Made by a program: the position numbers and the translations under genes. Positions 1-9,430 of a stretch of 39,291 nt of DNA are shown here, in pieces; positions within the stretch are counted from its first letter, which is position 1, and each line of letters starts with the position of its first letter. The notes beneath the pieces are model-generated. The model saw only the letters and a list, made by a program, of their open reading frames with translations. It had not been told where the DNA came from and did no database searches. Source of the DNA: a virus; the IMG/VR virus record IMGVR_UViG_3300036851_000097, positions 1 to 39,291 of that record; one strand, 5' to 3'.

Positions 1-127
1 AAATATAGCCCATTATACCAGATCGAAAAGGCCGTATCCACTACTGTCTCCGAGCGCCTGCTGCTGGTCAATGTAATTCGCCAGGAATACCGAAACCGCC
101 GTATTGAAAGCAGTCGTATCCGTGACC
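1..127. repeat. Terminal direct repeat, left copy (identical to 39165..39291)
   Basis: Bases 1-127 (aaatatagcccattatacc...cgtatccgtgacc) recur base for base as the last 127 nt. This is consistent with circular closure of an assembly or a short terminal redundancy. Confidence 0.95.
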
Positions 128-1104
128 GGATTGGGCCAGGACGTGTTCAGGTACTGAGTAACGGGCCGTTGAGTAACCGGCGTTTCCCCGAAGAACCCGA
201 GGGATGTACAAGAAATCGAGAAACCGCCCGCCGTGGTGACGTACATCCGCGTAGCCCCTGCGGTCGAGTCACGGAGGAGCACCGCCCCTGCGGGAGCCAA
301 GGACGCCGCCGAACCCCCAATACCCCACGTATAGGACTGAGTAACGTCCGAGTTTGTAAATATGAGGCCGAGAATCGACGCATTGCTGTCGCTGATAACT
401 GGAGCGCCGCTTATGGTAGGCGAAGTGGCCCGCACGTTGTTTCCCGTGCCGGTGCTGGAAACGTACTGCCAAACCGTCCCGTTGCTGATGGGGACTTGTC
501 CTCCCGTGCCAACTGTGGTCAACCCCGCAATCGTCACGTTCGGAGTTGGCCCAGTTCCGCTGGTCACAATAATTGGGCTAGTCCCCGTAACAGAGGTTAT
601 GTCCCCCACTTCGGGCGTGAAATACTCGAAAGCCGTGGCCCCGGAATTCACCCGAACCGACTGGCCCGCCGTTCCCATGGCGAGTGGGAGCACCAAACCG
701 CCAGAGTCTATCGTCAAGAACGTCGTAGTCGACGCAATGGCGATGTTCGGAAGTGTGAAGGCAGTTCCCGTCACCGTCAGGGTTTGAATAGTCGGACCCA
801 GGGCACGGACGATGTTACCCGCGCCCGTGCTAGACTGATACCCCCAAGCGGTGCCGTTGCTGATGGGCAGTTGCCCGCTGGTGCCTAGAGTGGTCAGCCC
901 GGAAATCGAAAGCGTCCGAGTGGTTGTGCCGGAAGCGACAAGCGGGGAGGTGGCGTTTACCGTCGTGAGGGAATCCGCTGCCAGCTCGAAGCCGGTTTCG
1001 CCCGCGTTCACACGCAGGACTTTGAGGGAATCCCCGGAAAGGGAGCCTGTGTAGGCCAACCCATTAGCGGCGATCCAGTCTAGAATTGAAAAAGTTGCGG
1101 CCAT
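13..1104 (-). CDS. Tail fibre protein, paralogue 1 (internally duplicated ~75-aa module)
   Basis: 363-aa Gly/Thr/Ser-rich ORF. The module GLTTLGTSGQLPISNGTAWGYQSSTGAGNIVRA / GLTTVGTGGQVPISNGTVWQYVSSTGTGNNVRA occurs twice and is shared with the next ORF. It follows the tailspike gene. Its TAA overlaps the ATG (TAATG) of the ORF ending at 39177, across the junction. Confidence 0.7.
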   Translation of the reverse strand: MAATFSILDWIAANGLAYTGSLSGDSLKVLRVNAGETGFELAADSLTTVNATSPLVASGTTTRTLSISGLTTLGTSGQLPISNGTAWGYQSSTGAGNIVRALGPTIQTLTVTGTAFTLPNIAIASTTTFLTIDSGGLVLPLAMGTAGQSVRVNSGATAFEYFTPEVGDITSVTGTSPIIVTSGTGPTPNVTIAGLTTVGTGGQVPISNGTVWQYVSSTGTGNNVRATSPTISGAPVISDSNASILGLIFTNSDVTQSYTWGIGGSAASLAPAGAVLLRDSTAGATRMYVTTAGGFSISCTSLGFFGETPVTQRPVTQYLNTSWPNPVTDTTAFNTAVSVFLANYIDQQQALGDSSGYGLFDLV

Positions 1105-1105
1105 G

Positions 1106-2155
1106 TTAGCTCCCTGAAATAGCGGTGATTATCCCGTTAACAACGGTTATGGAAGTGATGGTGGTGAACGTACCGCCAGCGGCACCAGCCACTCCGCCGA
1201 CAGAGAACGAATCCGCGTCCAGATTCTCGGTAAAGACGGCGTCCCCGTCCGTCTCGATGTAGGCGCGAGTCATACCCAAAGATGAGTCGCGGAACAGGAG
1301 CGCCCCCGCAGGAGCGAGGCTAGCCGCCGAACCAGAAATACCCATAGTCCAAACCTGGGTAACATCTGTATTTTCCAGAGCGAAACCAACGATGGAGGCG
1401 TTAGAGAACGACACCGCCATAGAACCGGACCAGTTGGAAGCCGCGCCCGCGACCGTTCCCGTGAATGTAGGGGAAATCGCTCTGACGACATTTCCGGTGC
1501 CCGTGGTGCTCTCGTACCCCCAGATCGTCCCGTTGCTCATGACGACTTGGTTGGCGGAGCCTACACCCGTCATCCCGGCCAGAGTCACGTCAGGAACAGG
1601 GCCGCTGCCGGAAGTAACGATAATCGGGGAAGTCCCGGTAACGCCGGTGATATTTCCCACCGTAGGGTCGTACCACTCCAGCGCGGTAGCGCCAGCGTTC
1701 ATACGCATAACTTGATTCGCGGTTCCATAGGCGGTAAGGCCAGAGATTGAAAGTACTGGGTCAGCACCGCCAGAGGACAGGAGCGGTAACTCCGCTGTGA
1801 GTGTGGAAATCATACCTGATGCTCCTAGAAAAAAGAATGGCGTTGTAATGTTTGCCGTAACTAGTAACTGCCCCACGAAAGAATCTGGGACTAGCTTTAC
1901 CTCGGTATATCCAACTACGGAAGCGATGTAATTGCCCGTGGTTGTGATTGATGTGTAGGACGTTTGAGCCTTATAGGCAGCAAGCACCGTCCAAGAGTTT
2001 CCGTCAATAGTTCCCTCTAGGGTGATCGTCCCAGAGGTGAAAGTGCCCGCCAAGGAAAAACCAATGGAACCGAAGCCGAGGGTGGAATAGGATATACCCT
2101 GACTTCCTGCGGTTTCGATTGTCCCCGATTGGGTAAAGGCATTAATTGCGCTCAT
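1106..2155 (-). CDS. Tail fibre protein, paralogue 2
   Basis: 349 aa. It shares SPIIVTSGSGPVPDVTLAGMTGVGSANQVVMSNGTIWGYESTTGTGNVVRA and the C-terminal GISGSAASLAPAGALLFRDS block with ORF 13..1104. The N-terminal third is divergent. Confidence 0.7.
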   Translation of the reverse strand: MSAINAFTQSGTIETAGSQGISYSTLGFGSIGFSLAGTFTSGTITLEGTIDGNSWTVLAAYKAQTSYTSITTTGNYIASVVGYTEVKLVPDSFVGQLLVTANITTPFFFLGASGMISTLTAELPLLSSGGADPVLSISGLTAYGTANQVMRMNAGATALEWYDPTVGNITGVTGTSPIIVTSGSGPVPDVTLAGMTGVGSANQVVMSNGTIWGYESTTGTGNVVRAISPTFTGTVAGAASNWSGSMAVSFSNASIVGFALENTDVTQVWTMGISGSAASLAPAGALLFRDSSLGMTRAYIETDGDAVFTENLDADSFSVGGVAGAAGGTFTTITSITVVNGIITAISGS

Positions 2156-2166
2156 TGTTTATCTCC

Positions 2167-3894
2167 TTAAGTCCCGTCATAGGGATAGACTTCAAACAGG
2201 GTGAATTTCTTTGTGTTCCCGGCGTCCGAAGCCTGAACAATTGTATTGCCGTTGGCCCACGTAATCGCGCCAGCGTCCCGGTCATCACTAACGCTATTGA
2301 TGGTATTCGCAGCCGTAGAATTGATAACAGCGAATCCAGAAGATTGAAAAGTGGCTGCGCCGGTTCTGAAAACCAAAACTTCACCGTGGTAAGTAAACGT
2401 GCCGCCACTAGCGTTGCTAAGGGAACCGGAAAATACGGTAATGCCCCCCACGGTAACGCTAATGGTGGGGCTAGTCCCTGTTCCTGATCCGCCAAAAATG
2501 ACCTTCACGTACTGGTAAAGACCAATCAAGGTATTAGCTGGAATGATGGGGTCGGTCGCGCCTACAATAACCTGCCCAGCGCCTGCCGCACGGTGCGTTA
2601 GTGCCCCGGAACCGGAGTCGGCTTGAACATACCCGCCGCTCGCAATAACATTGGTTCCTGCCGTAACGGTTGTCGTAGCCGAGACGGTTGCTCCAGATAC
2701 GGATGTTCCTGCCGTGACCGAACTTACCGCTGTGACGTCGGCCCCGTTGACAGCGCCATCCACGTTCGCGTCCCCCGTTACCCCAAGGCTTAATCCAACA
2801 TTTAGATTTCCGTCAACCGTTTCATTACCGGTGATATTGGCGTCTCCGGTGAGGTTGAATTCAGCCGTCAGGTCGTATCCGAGGGGGTAATAAGCGCCTG
2901 TATTCAGGGTTCCCACGGTTCCGTAAAGGATCGTCGGCTTGCTAGCGGACGGAACAAAGGTGCCGGTGTGCGCCCAAGTACCGGGCGGGACGACGAAAAG
3001 CCCACCGCCAGCCGCAACCCATAGCGTAAAGGCGGCGGCGTTAATGTTACCAGGGGCAGCCAAGGAAGCCCCAAACCATTCCGGCCTAGTCTCTTGCTTC
3101 GCATTGGCTAAGACAGCCGTCATTGTGCCGGGGATAATATTCCAACCACCAGCTTCAACTATCCCGTTAAAAGTAACGGTTCCAGTTCCAGCCAATCCAG
3201 CATTTTGATTGAAAGCCACCGTAGGGGCGGTAAGGGTAAACCCCACGATATCACCAAATGCCCCGTATTGAATACGGAGTCTAGCGTTGTTTGCGGCGGC
3301 ATATGCGTCAGCCGCTTGAAGGCTAGACGTTTGAACCCCTACATTAGCCGGGACGTAACCGAAAGAAGCGGCGCGGACATCCCCGTTTTCGTCAGGGATG
3401 CGAAACCATTTTTTAGTCGGGTCGAAAGTCGAAGATTGGACGTAACCGCCATCGGCAGCGGTACCGGAAGTCTCGTTATAAAACATCCCATGCCCACCGT
3501 CACCGGGCGCATAGTACCCCCCTATGTAGGTGAACTGGTTTAAGGTGGTGTCCACATCGGTAAGGTCTGCGAAAGAATCAACGAATCCAGTCCCAAACGA
3601 AGATTCTCCCGCAATATTGTCCTGCGTGTAAATCGGGGCGTCCGAAGGATCGGTAACAACGAGTTTATACCCGCCAGCCCCCAAATAAATCAGGGCGCGT
3701 CCTTCGGCATCCAGAACAGCAGTATTGAACGGGGAGGGATAGGGAACCGCTAGGCCGGGGTCAGTATAAATCGCTTTGGGGGTAGTCGTTCCGGCAGCGT
3801 AGAACTTGGCTTTATATCCGTCAGCAGGGACAAGCCCATCCCCTGTCGTCGCGGGAACGAACCATTGGAACGGGGTTTGAGGCATTAAGGACAT
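2167..3894 (-). CDS. Tailspike / tail fibre with probable beta-helix body
   Basis: 575 aa. The N-terminus (QWFVPATTGDG...YKAKFYAAGTTTPKAIYTD...YKLVVTDP) resembles podovirus spike/fibre head-binding regions. The long Gly/Ala/Thr/Asn-rich body is consistent with a pectate-lyase-like fold. Position precedes the fibres. Confidence 0.6.
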   Translation of the reverse strand: MSLMPQTPFQWFVPATTGDGLVPADGYKAKFYAAGTTTPKAIYTDPGLAVPYPSPFNTAVLDAEGRALIYLGAGGYKLVVTDPSDAPIYTQDNIAGESSFGTGFVDSFADLTDVDTTLNQFTYIGGYYAPGDGGHGMFYNETSGTAADGGYVQSSTFDPTKKWFRIPDENGDVRAASFGYVPANVGVQTSSLQAADAYAAANNARLRIQYGAFGDIVGFTLTAPTVAFNQNAGLAGTGTVTFNGIVEAGGWNIIPGTMTAVLANAKQETRPEWFGASLAAPGNINAAAFTLWVAAGGGLFVVPPGTWAHTGTFVPSASKPTILYGTVGTLNTGAYYPLGYDLTAEFNLTGDANITGNETVDGNLNVGLSLGVTGDANVDGAVNGADVTAVSSVTAGTSVSGATVSATTTVTAGTNVIASGGYVQADSGSGALTHRAAGAGQVIVGATDPIIPANTLIGLYQYVKVIFGGSGTGTSPTISVTVGGITVFSGSLSNASGGTFTYHGEVLVFRTGAATFQSSGFAVINSTAANTINSVSDDRDAGAITWANGNTIVQASDAGNTKKFTLFEVYPYDGT

Positions 3895-3957
3895 TTATAC
3901 TCCGTCCAATACGGCAATTACGGTGATAATCACGGTAACGATAATCGCGTCTATCAT
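3895..3957 (-). CDS. Possible 20-aa hydrophobic peptide
   Basis: MIDAIIVTVIITVIAVLDGV. Its ATG overlaps the TGA of the upstream gene (ATGA), and its TAA abuts the ATG of the tailspike gene. It fills the only gap here. Too short to be certain. Confidence 0.3.
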   Translation of the reverse strand: MIDAIIVTVIITVIAVLDGV

Positions 3958-5297
3958 TCTTGCATCCCGTAGTAAGAGGCGCGGCCAAGGTCGAGAGCGA
4001 CTTTTGCGCCCCTCTTGGCCGTATTTGACCCTGCGGCACGGCCCACCTCGTACATGGCAGGAGCTACCTGGGGAAGCCGTCTAGCAGCAGGGGCCAAAGC
4101 AAGATAAGGCTGCCCCACACTAGCGCCGAGGAGGGCGGAAATCATTTCAGGGCCAAGAGAATAGTTGGAGATAGCCTTCTCATTAAAAGCCTCTAGGACG
4201 GGCGCAAGCTCGGCCATTTCGTCCTTGATTTTCGTATACCCTTTTTCTCCAGCCTTACCCGCCATCTTGCGGGAAAGTTGATTTTCTGCGGCGGTTCTAA
4301 ACTCCTGAGAGGCAAGGTCTAGCCCTGCGGGGGTTTTGCCTTGTACCCAGTTGGCATTTTGATCGGCCATCTTACGAAGATCAAGGAATTTTTCAGCGGG
4401 CATATATCCAAATTGGTCAGCCTGATAATGGGGATCGCGGTATGCGCCTCGATATTCGTCCAGTTGCGAAATGCCTTCTGATTTTTGCGTAGGCAAAAGC
4501 CCACCGCGACCACCGGAACGGCCAAGAATAGAAGCCTCTGCTTCCTTAATTGCAGCGGGGGCGTTCCCTTGTACTTTTGCAGCGTCAAGTATGCCCGTCT
4601 TTTCGGCATCACGCGACACCTGCTTAGCAATACCGCGCCTTTCGGCCTCTTTAAATCCACCTTTAAAAATGGGGAAAATCTTGTTTTCCAATGCTTGCCT
4701 AAACCCTGCCGTAGTCGGAGGATTCATGCCTCTTTCAAGGCGTTTAGGAGCGCGTGTAAGCAGTTGAAGATAGCCAGCAGCCGTATTCTTCACTCCTGCC
4801 GGGATAGCGTTTCCTACCCCCATTGTCCCCGTTGTGAGAGCTATTTCGCCTGCCGCCTCGCCGGGGCTTACTTCGCCAGTTGCTCCGTAGTTCTGCGCTT
4901 GGTGCTGTGCCGCCCCCTGCGCCCCTGCCGCACCACCGCGAGTTAGCCCAGCCAAAAACTTCTGCATCTTAGCAGCATTCGCGGGTACACTCGTTTTCCC
5001 CAGAGGAGTAGGAGCCATCATCATAGCGGCATCGGCCAAAACTCCACCAACCTTTTCAGCCGTTCCCGGTTTATGGGTTTGGTTGAAGCTATCGAGCCCT
5101 TCACTCTCTTTTCGAGCGGAAGGAAGTCCAGCATTAGCGAGAAAACGAAGGATGGGTTGTGACGTTGTTTCGCGAACCTTATTAACTGCGCCCCTAGCCA
5201 TGGACGGGATAGAACCCGTGACAAAAGGGGCGTTTTGCTTCAAGAAGTCACCAATATTCTCGGCTTTCTTCGGTTCGTCTAGGTATCGAATAGCCAT
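3954..5297 (-). CDS. Putative ejection/internal virion protein
   Basis: 447-aa Ala/Gly-rich ORF, coupled to its neighbours (start overlaps the upstream stop). The function is inferred only from P22-like gene order (three ORFs between the tail hub and the tailspike). Confidence 0.5.
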   Translation of the reverse strand: MAIRYLDEPKKAENIGDFLKQNAPFVTGSIPSMARGAVNKVRETTSQPILRFLANAGLPSARKESEGLDSFNQTHKPGTAEKVGGVLADAAMMMAPTPLGKTSVPANAAKMQKFLAGLTRGGAAGAQGAAQHQAQNYGATGEVSPGEAAGEIALTTGTMGVGNAIPAGVKNTAAGYLQLLTRAPKRLERGMNPPTTAGFRQALENKIFPIFKGGFKEAERRGIAKQVSRDAEKTGILDAAKVQGNAPAAIKEAEASILGRSGGRGGLLPTQKSEGISQLDEYRGAYRDPHYQADQFGYMPAEKFLDLRKMADQNANWVQGKTPAGLDLASQEFRTAAENQLSRKMAGKAGEKGYTKIKDEMAELAPVLEAFNEKAISNYSLGPEMISALLGASVGQPYLALAPAARRLPQVAPAMYEVGRAAGSNTAKRGAKVALDLGRASYYGMQE

Positions 5298-6538
5298 TAT
5301 TCAACCACCGCTGGCCTGCCATTAACGGTTATTTCGGTCCCAGACGGAAGGTTTGCGGCGTTCGCTTCTTCTTCCGATGCGAAATCCCGAACCGTTGCCC
5401 CTTCTGGTTTGCGGATTCCTTCGGGAGCCTGAGAATTCAAGTAATCCCGTATTAAGGGGGATTCCTGGTAACCAGCCTGTGGCCCGTAAAGCTGCCCCTG
5501 ATCGGCAATAGTCTCGTTATAGACTTGGACAAAACGGGCCAGTTTCTTTTTAGCCGTTTCTGGGGAATCCCCCGTGCGAGGAATAAAAGGACGCAATCTC
5601 GGATATTCAGAAACAGTAACAGCCGCGCCAGAACGGTCGTGGATAATCATGCTTCCAAGGTCTGCAATAGCGGCGCGGGTATCGACGCCTTGCGGGTCAA
5701 ACGTATTTAAAACGTATTCCCGCTTGTCTCCACCCGTCATTAAGCCCTTTAAATACCCGGTAGCGTCCTTGCTCCCCTTCATTACGCCGACATCTTTTCC
5801 ACTAAGCAAGTCAAGCGCCGCCTGCGCCTTCTTGGCGTTCTGGATGTTCTCTAGGATTTGGGTATTGGCAGAAACCGGGATAGGCTTTCCGTTTTGACCA
5901 GCGTTCATTCTCCCAGTGTTCGCGTTGAACCATTCAATATTGTTCTTAACCCGATTTTGCCGCTCAATCTCAGCCTGTTTACGCTTTTCGAACTGTGCGT
6001 CCGATTCGTCTTTTTTCTGCTTATAGGCGAAATCCGCACCCGTCTGAATCTGCTTCTGATCTTCTTCCGCCATCTTGCGGGTACGATCCTCAAGCCCTTG
6101 ACGTTCCGTAATGTTTCCGGTGCGGAAAGCATCGGCCATATCGGGGTTAATCCGCGCAAGGTCAATGGTCGCCCTGGTTTCCATGGGGTTACGTTGTTCA
6201 GGAGCACCCATAGGTCCGAAAGGCGCGTTTGACGGTCTTTGATCTTGCGAGAACTCAGGAGAGCGAACACCAACGGGAAGGTCTAAGGCACCTTCACGGT
6301 TAATGATGTAATCCCGGCGAACGCCACGGCCTTGTTCGCCTTCCCTAGTCGTTCTTTCAAGTTCTTTTTGGATAAGGGCGGTTTTGGCTAGGTCGATTTC
6401 ACCTTGGCGTAAATCCTGTGCGGCTTTCTTGGCAAGCGACAGCGCGGCGCGTGACTCGTCATCACGCTTTACGGCTTGGCCGTAATAGTCCGTATTGTCG
6501 CGGGGAATGCTCCCCATTCTTGCCAAGGAAATAGCCAT
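5297..6538 (-). CDS. Putative ejection/internal virion protein
   Basis: 413-aa charged, coiled-coil-like ORF (KKDESDAQFEKRKQAEIERQNR). Overlapping start and stop with both neighbours. Function inferred by synteny. Confidence 0.5.
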   Translation of the reverse strand: MAISLARMGSIPRDNTDYYGQAVKRDDESRAALSLAKKAAQDLRQGEIDLAKTALIQKELERTTREGEQGRGVRRDYIINREGALDLPVGVRSPEFSQDQRPSNAPFGPMGAPEQRNPMETRATIDLARINPDMADAFRTGNITERQGLEDRTRKMAEEDQKQIQTGADFAYKQKKDESDAQFEKRKQAEIERQNRVKNNIEWFNANTGRMNAGQNGKPIPVSANTQILENIQNAKKAQAALDLLSGKDVGVMKGSKDATGYLKGLMTGGDKREYVLNTFDPQGVDTRAAIADLGSMIIHDRSGAAVTVSEYPRLRPFIPRTGDSPETAKKKLARFVQVYNETIADQGQLYGPQAGYQESPLIRDYLNSQAPEGIRKPEGATVRDFASEEEANAANLPSGTEITVNGRPAVVE

Positions 6539-7311
6539 TAGTAAGCCGAAGCCCCACCGCTCAGGTAATCGTACCCACGTTTACCAAGAGAAAGAGCCTT
6601 GGAAGGATCAAAACCATCTACCGCGCCTTTAGCCATGGACCCAGCGGTGCCGTAAGCCTTGCGGTAGTTACCAGAACGGATAGCCCCAACGCCCAACTCG
6701 GTGTCGGCTTTGCCTTGTGCGCGTCCAAGGCCCAAATCAATCATGTTTTCGGTTTGACCGGGGGCGAAGTTCGCTAGCGTCTGCCCTTGCTGGAAGTCGA
6801 GCGCACGGTTTTCTGCGTTCGCGTCGTAAGCCCTGTTTTCGGCCCCGTAGTCGAAGTTCCGGTCGTCCTCGTATTGACCCCTAGAACGGTTGTAAAGCTC
6901 GTCTGAGCGCCCTGCAAACAGGTCTGAGCCGTACTTGGTTAGGTCTTGCTGGGTGCGTCCGGAGAACAAGCCCCCCTTAGATGCCGCGCCGCCCTCAATG
7001 GCCTGTTGCCCAGCCCTAAGATTGGCCTGATATTCAGGGTCTTGGAAGATGGAATTTGGGTCAAATGAGAAGTCACCCGCCTGGTATTTCTGCTGATCGG
7101 GATTGGAAAACTCCCCAGCATTGTACCTGTCGGATTGACGTTGGAAATTTTGGGTGGACGTATCATACAAGGGTTTAGCGAGGTCAATGCCTCCCTGATA
7201 CCCTTGGTCGATGTAATTACCCGCTTTGCGCGTGGCACGGCGCTCGATATTCGTGGCCTTATTCCCACCAATAATATCGGCAGCCCCGCCTACGATATCG
7301 CCAAGTGCCAT
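6538..7311 (-). CDS. Putative ejection/internal virion protein
   Basis: 257-aa Gly/Gln/Asn/Asp-rich ORF, translationally coupled on both sides. Function inferred by synteny. Confidence 0.45.
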   Translation of the reverse strand: MALGDIVGGAADIIGGNKATNIERRATRKAGNYIDQGYQGGIDLAKPLYDTSTQNFQRQSDRYNAGEFSNPDQQKYQAGDFSFDPNSIFQDPEYQANLRAGQQAIEGGAASKGGLFSGRTQQDLTKYGSDLFAGRSDELYNRSRGQYEDDRNFDYGAENRAYDANAENRALDFQQGQTLANFAPGQTENMIDLGLGRAQGKADTELGVGAIRSGNYRKAYGTAGSMAKGAVDGFDPSKALSLGKRGYDYLSGGASAY

Positions 7312-7703
7312 TATTCGCCTGCCGTTCCGCTTATAATTACCCTGCTGGAGCTAGTCCAGTTGGGCAAGTAAAGACGAGTAGTGTTTTTCTCAATGTAGGC
7401 CACTTTTGGGGCCGTGTCCGTATCAACTTTTATCAAAAACAGGGAAGTAGCGAAGGACGCAAACGGAAGGTCTAAGTAGGCGCTAGAGGCGGTAGATGCC
7501 CCCGTTAGTTCGATATTCACGTTCCAAAGCCTGCCCATTCTAACGAGGCCAGAGGTCACCGTAGGGCTACCCGTTACCCCTGAGAATACGGGTGTGAACG
7601 TCTGTAATTGCGGGTACAGATCGTCAAATAGAAGGTTTAAAAACCGCTTCCAGTTGGAGTCTATGCCTTCTACTTGTGCCGGGAATGGGAACCTTACTCT
7701 CAT
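7311..7703 (-). CDS. Virion structural protein, function unknown
   Basis: 130-aa ORF coupled to both neighbours inside the tail module. Confidence 0.55.
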   Translation of the reverse strand: MRVRFPFPAQVEGIDSNWKRFLNLLFDDLYPQLQTFTPVFSGVTGSPTVTSGLVRMGRLWNVNIELTGASTASSAYLDLPFASFATSLFLIKVDTDTAPKVAYIEKNTTRLYLPNWTSSSRVIISGTAGE

Positions 7704-9430
7704 TGCATCGTCACCCGTACTTTACGCCATGAGATGTAATGGTTCGCCACTACCGCAAGTTTGAAAACAAACCCGAAAGCAGCGCCCAAGCCAGTCCATC
7801 GAACCCTGGTCGAGTAAGAACTATTTCCCCCCATGGGTTGCCATAGTTCTTGCCCGTAAGTCATCCCCCTGTTTGTCGAGTAGGTGAGCATTACTTTAGG
7901 CCCCTCGAAAGGAATCTCGTAAGCACTTTCTGCCATGGCTAAAGCCAGATTGAGGTTGTTTAAGAAACTCTCTGTTTCTAGTGCAGGGTTAGGGGAAGAG
8001 ACATTCCACGTCCCACTAGGGTAAGTGACCTTTAGGTCGGTCAAAAAGGTGTTTATCTGGGTCAAGAAAGCAGGGAGCGTCATAGCAGGGTTCAAGCACG
8101 GAACCAAAGCCGGATTAAGAGCGGCATAAACCGCGTTCATATTATCCAGGAACTCCGGTAGCTCAATCATGGGATTGGGGGAAACAGAGGAAAAAGGCGC
8201 GGTATTGGACGATTCCCCTAAAGGCTCATTTCCTACCGTGCAGAATAGCTCCAACGACCCACAATAAGACATCCAGTCCGCTTCCTCTGGAATGACGGGC
8301 AACGTCCGCTCCCTGCGGATAGGTGCGCCATTGTCGGTATAAACGGTATTGCTTATCTCGAAAAACTTGCCGTCACGCTTGTCTAAGCCAAGGAGTTTCC
8401 CATCGTGGATAATGACACTCACATAAGGGACGGCGTACATGTGGTTCGTGAGCGCATCGCGCCACGCCCTATCATGCCATTGCTTGGTGTCATCGTCGTA
8501 GCAAATGGTCTGATTCCCGGTCCCAAAGGTCAAGACATAGAACGTATGGCCTAGAGCCTGGTAGCAGTACCCGATAGCGTCCGAAGGGTCTGAAATGGCG
8601 GCTATTTGTCTTTCCGTGGAGTGGCTGCTTAGCCTTTGTGGGCTGCCACCTTCTGTATAACGGTAAACAACCCCTTTCCCCGCCTCATTCCCTCCAAGCC
8701 AGTATATGTATCGGTTAAAGGCAAAGACGCTCTTAGGAGCCTCACAACCTATCCCAAAACCGCTTACAATCTGGGTGAAGGCAAATTGGCCGGTGTACCC
8801 CTCGGTAGTCCATACTTCAAACCCTGAATCCGTGAAAATAGTGATGGATTTCCCGGTAGAAGCAAGGGCGACAATATCCCCCACCGTATTTTGAAGGCCA
8901 ACAAAATTAGTCCCCGGCCAATCAAGAAAGTCGTAGAGAGCTGAGAATTGCCATTGGTTCGTCCCCGGCTTTACGGTAGCAGCGTAGCCGCCCGCAAAGA
9001 CCGCTTGGGAAAGCCCACCGACAAAGCCGTGTGTAGCCTCGGTTAACTCTGTAAAGGTGTTTCCAACGAACTCGAAAACATAACCGTGATCGTCATCCAC
9101 AATAAGGATTTGGCCTGATTCGTCTGGGGGGAGCGCCCCAATAATCGCCACGGGATTCTGTGTGCTCGATAGCGTACCACGGATTACCGCGCTACCGCCT
9201 ACAATCTCCTGAAAGAACGCACCACGAATACCGAACAACCGTCCACCCAAAGAGATAGACCCGCGCCCACCGTCATTTACCCCGAGGGAAGCGTATAGCT
9301 CCGCGCCGGGGGTTGGCTTTAAAGTCCAAGCGTCCCCCGTCTTTTCGGCGTAGAAGTTTAGGGTCTTTTGCGGGTCATCCTGTGGGACATTATTAGACGG
9401 CCCGACAATGGGGATATCTATGGTTTTCAC
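7700..9430 (-). CDS. Tail hub / DNA-stabilisation (P22 gp10-like position) protein
   Basis: 576 aa. The N-terminus (IPIVGPSN...DPQKTLNFYAEK) and the position after the adaptor-like ORF fit the second tail-hub protein of P22-type podoviruses. No search was run. Confidence 0.5.
   Translation of the reverse strand: MKTIDIPIVGPSNNVPQDDPQKTLNFYAEKTGDAWTLKPTPGAELYASLGVNDGGRGSISLGGRLFGIRGAFFQEIVGGSAVIRGTLSSTQNPVAIIGALPPDESGQILIVDDDHGYVFEFVGNTFTELTEATHGFVGGLSQAVFAGGYAATVKPGTNQWQFSALYDFLDWPGTNFVGLQNTVGDIVALASTGKSITIFTDSGFEVWTTEGYTGQFAFTQIVSGFGIGCEAPKSVFAFNRYIYWLGGNEAGKGVVYRYTEGGSPQRLSSHSTERQIAAISDPSDAIGYCYQALGHTFYVLTFGTGNQTICYDDDTKQWHDRAWRDALTNHMYAVPYVSVIIHDGKLLGLDKRDGKFFEISNTVYTDNGAPIRRERTLPVIPEEADWMSYCGSLELFCTVGNEPLGESSNTAPFSSVSPNPMIELPEFLDNMNAVYAALNPALVPCLNPAMTLPAFLTQINTFLTDLKVTYPSGTWNVSSPNPALETESFLNNLNLALAMAESAYEIPFEGPKVMLTYSTNRGMTYGQELWQPMGGNSSYSTRVRWTGLGAAFGFVFKLAVVANHYISWRKVRVTMQ

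Noticed and set aside
169-888. A 239-aa plus-strand ORF, and several others (362..787, 1392..1715), opposite the tail-fibre genes.
   Set aside because: These are antisense to well-supported fibre genes. Their composition is Arg/Pro/Gly-rich, typical of the reverse frame of GC-rich coding DNA, and there is no RBS.
1491-1530. Other CUGANGA matches tested as additional hammerhead cores: 1494 on the plus strand, and 3381 and 15181 on the minus strand.
   Set aside because: None is followed by a stem II hairpin closed by GAAA, or by an A-U-closed stem III with a UH cleavage site. All lie inside coding regions.
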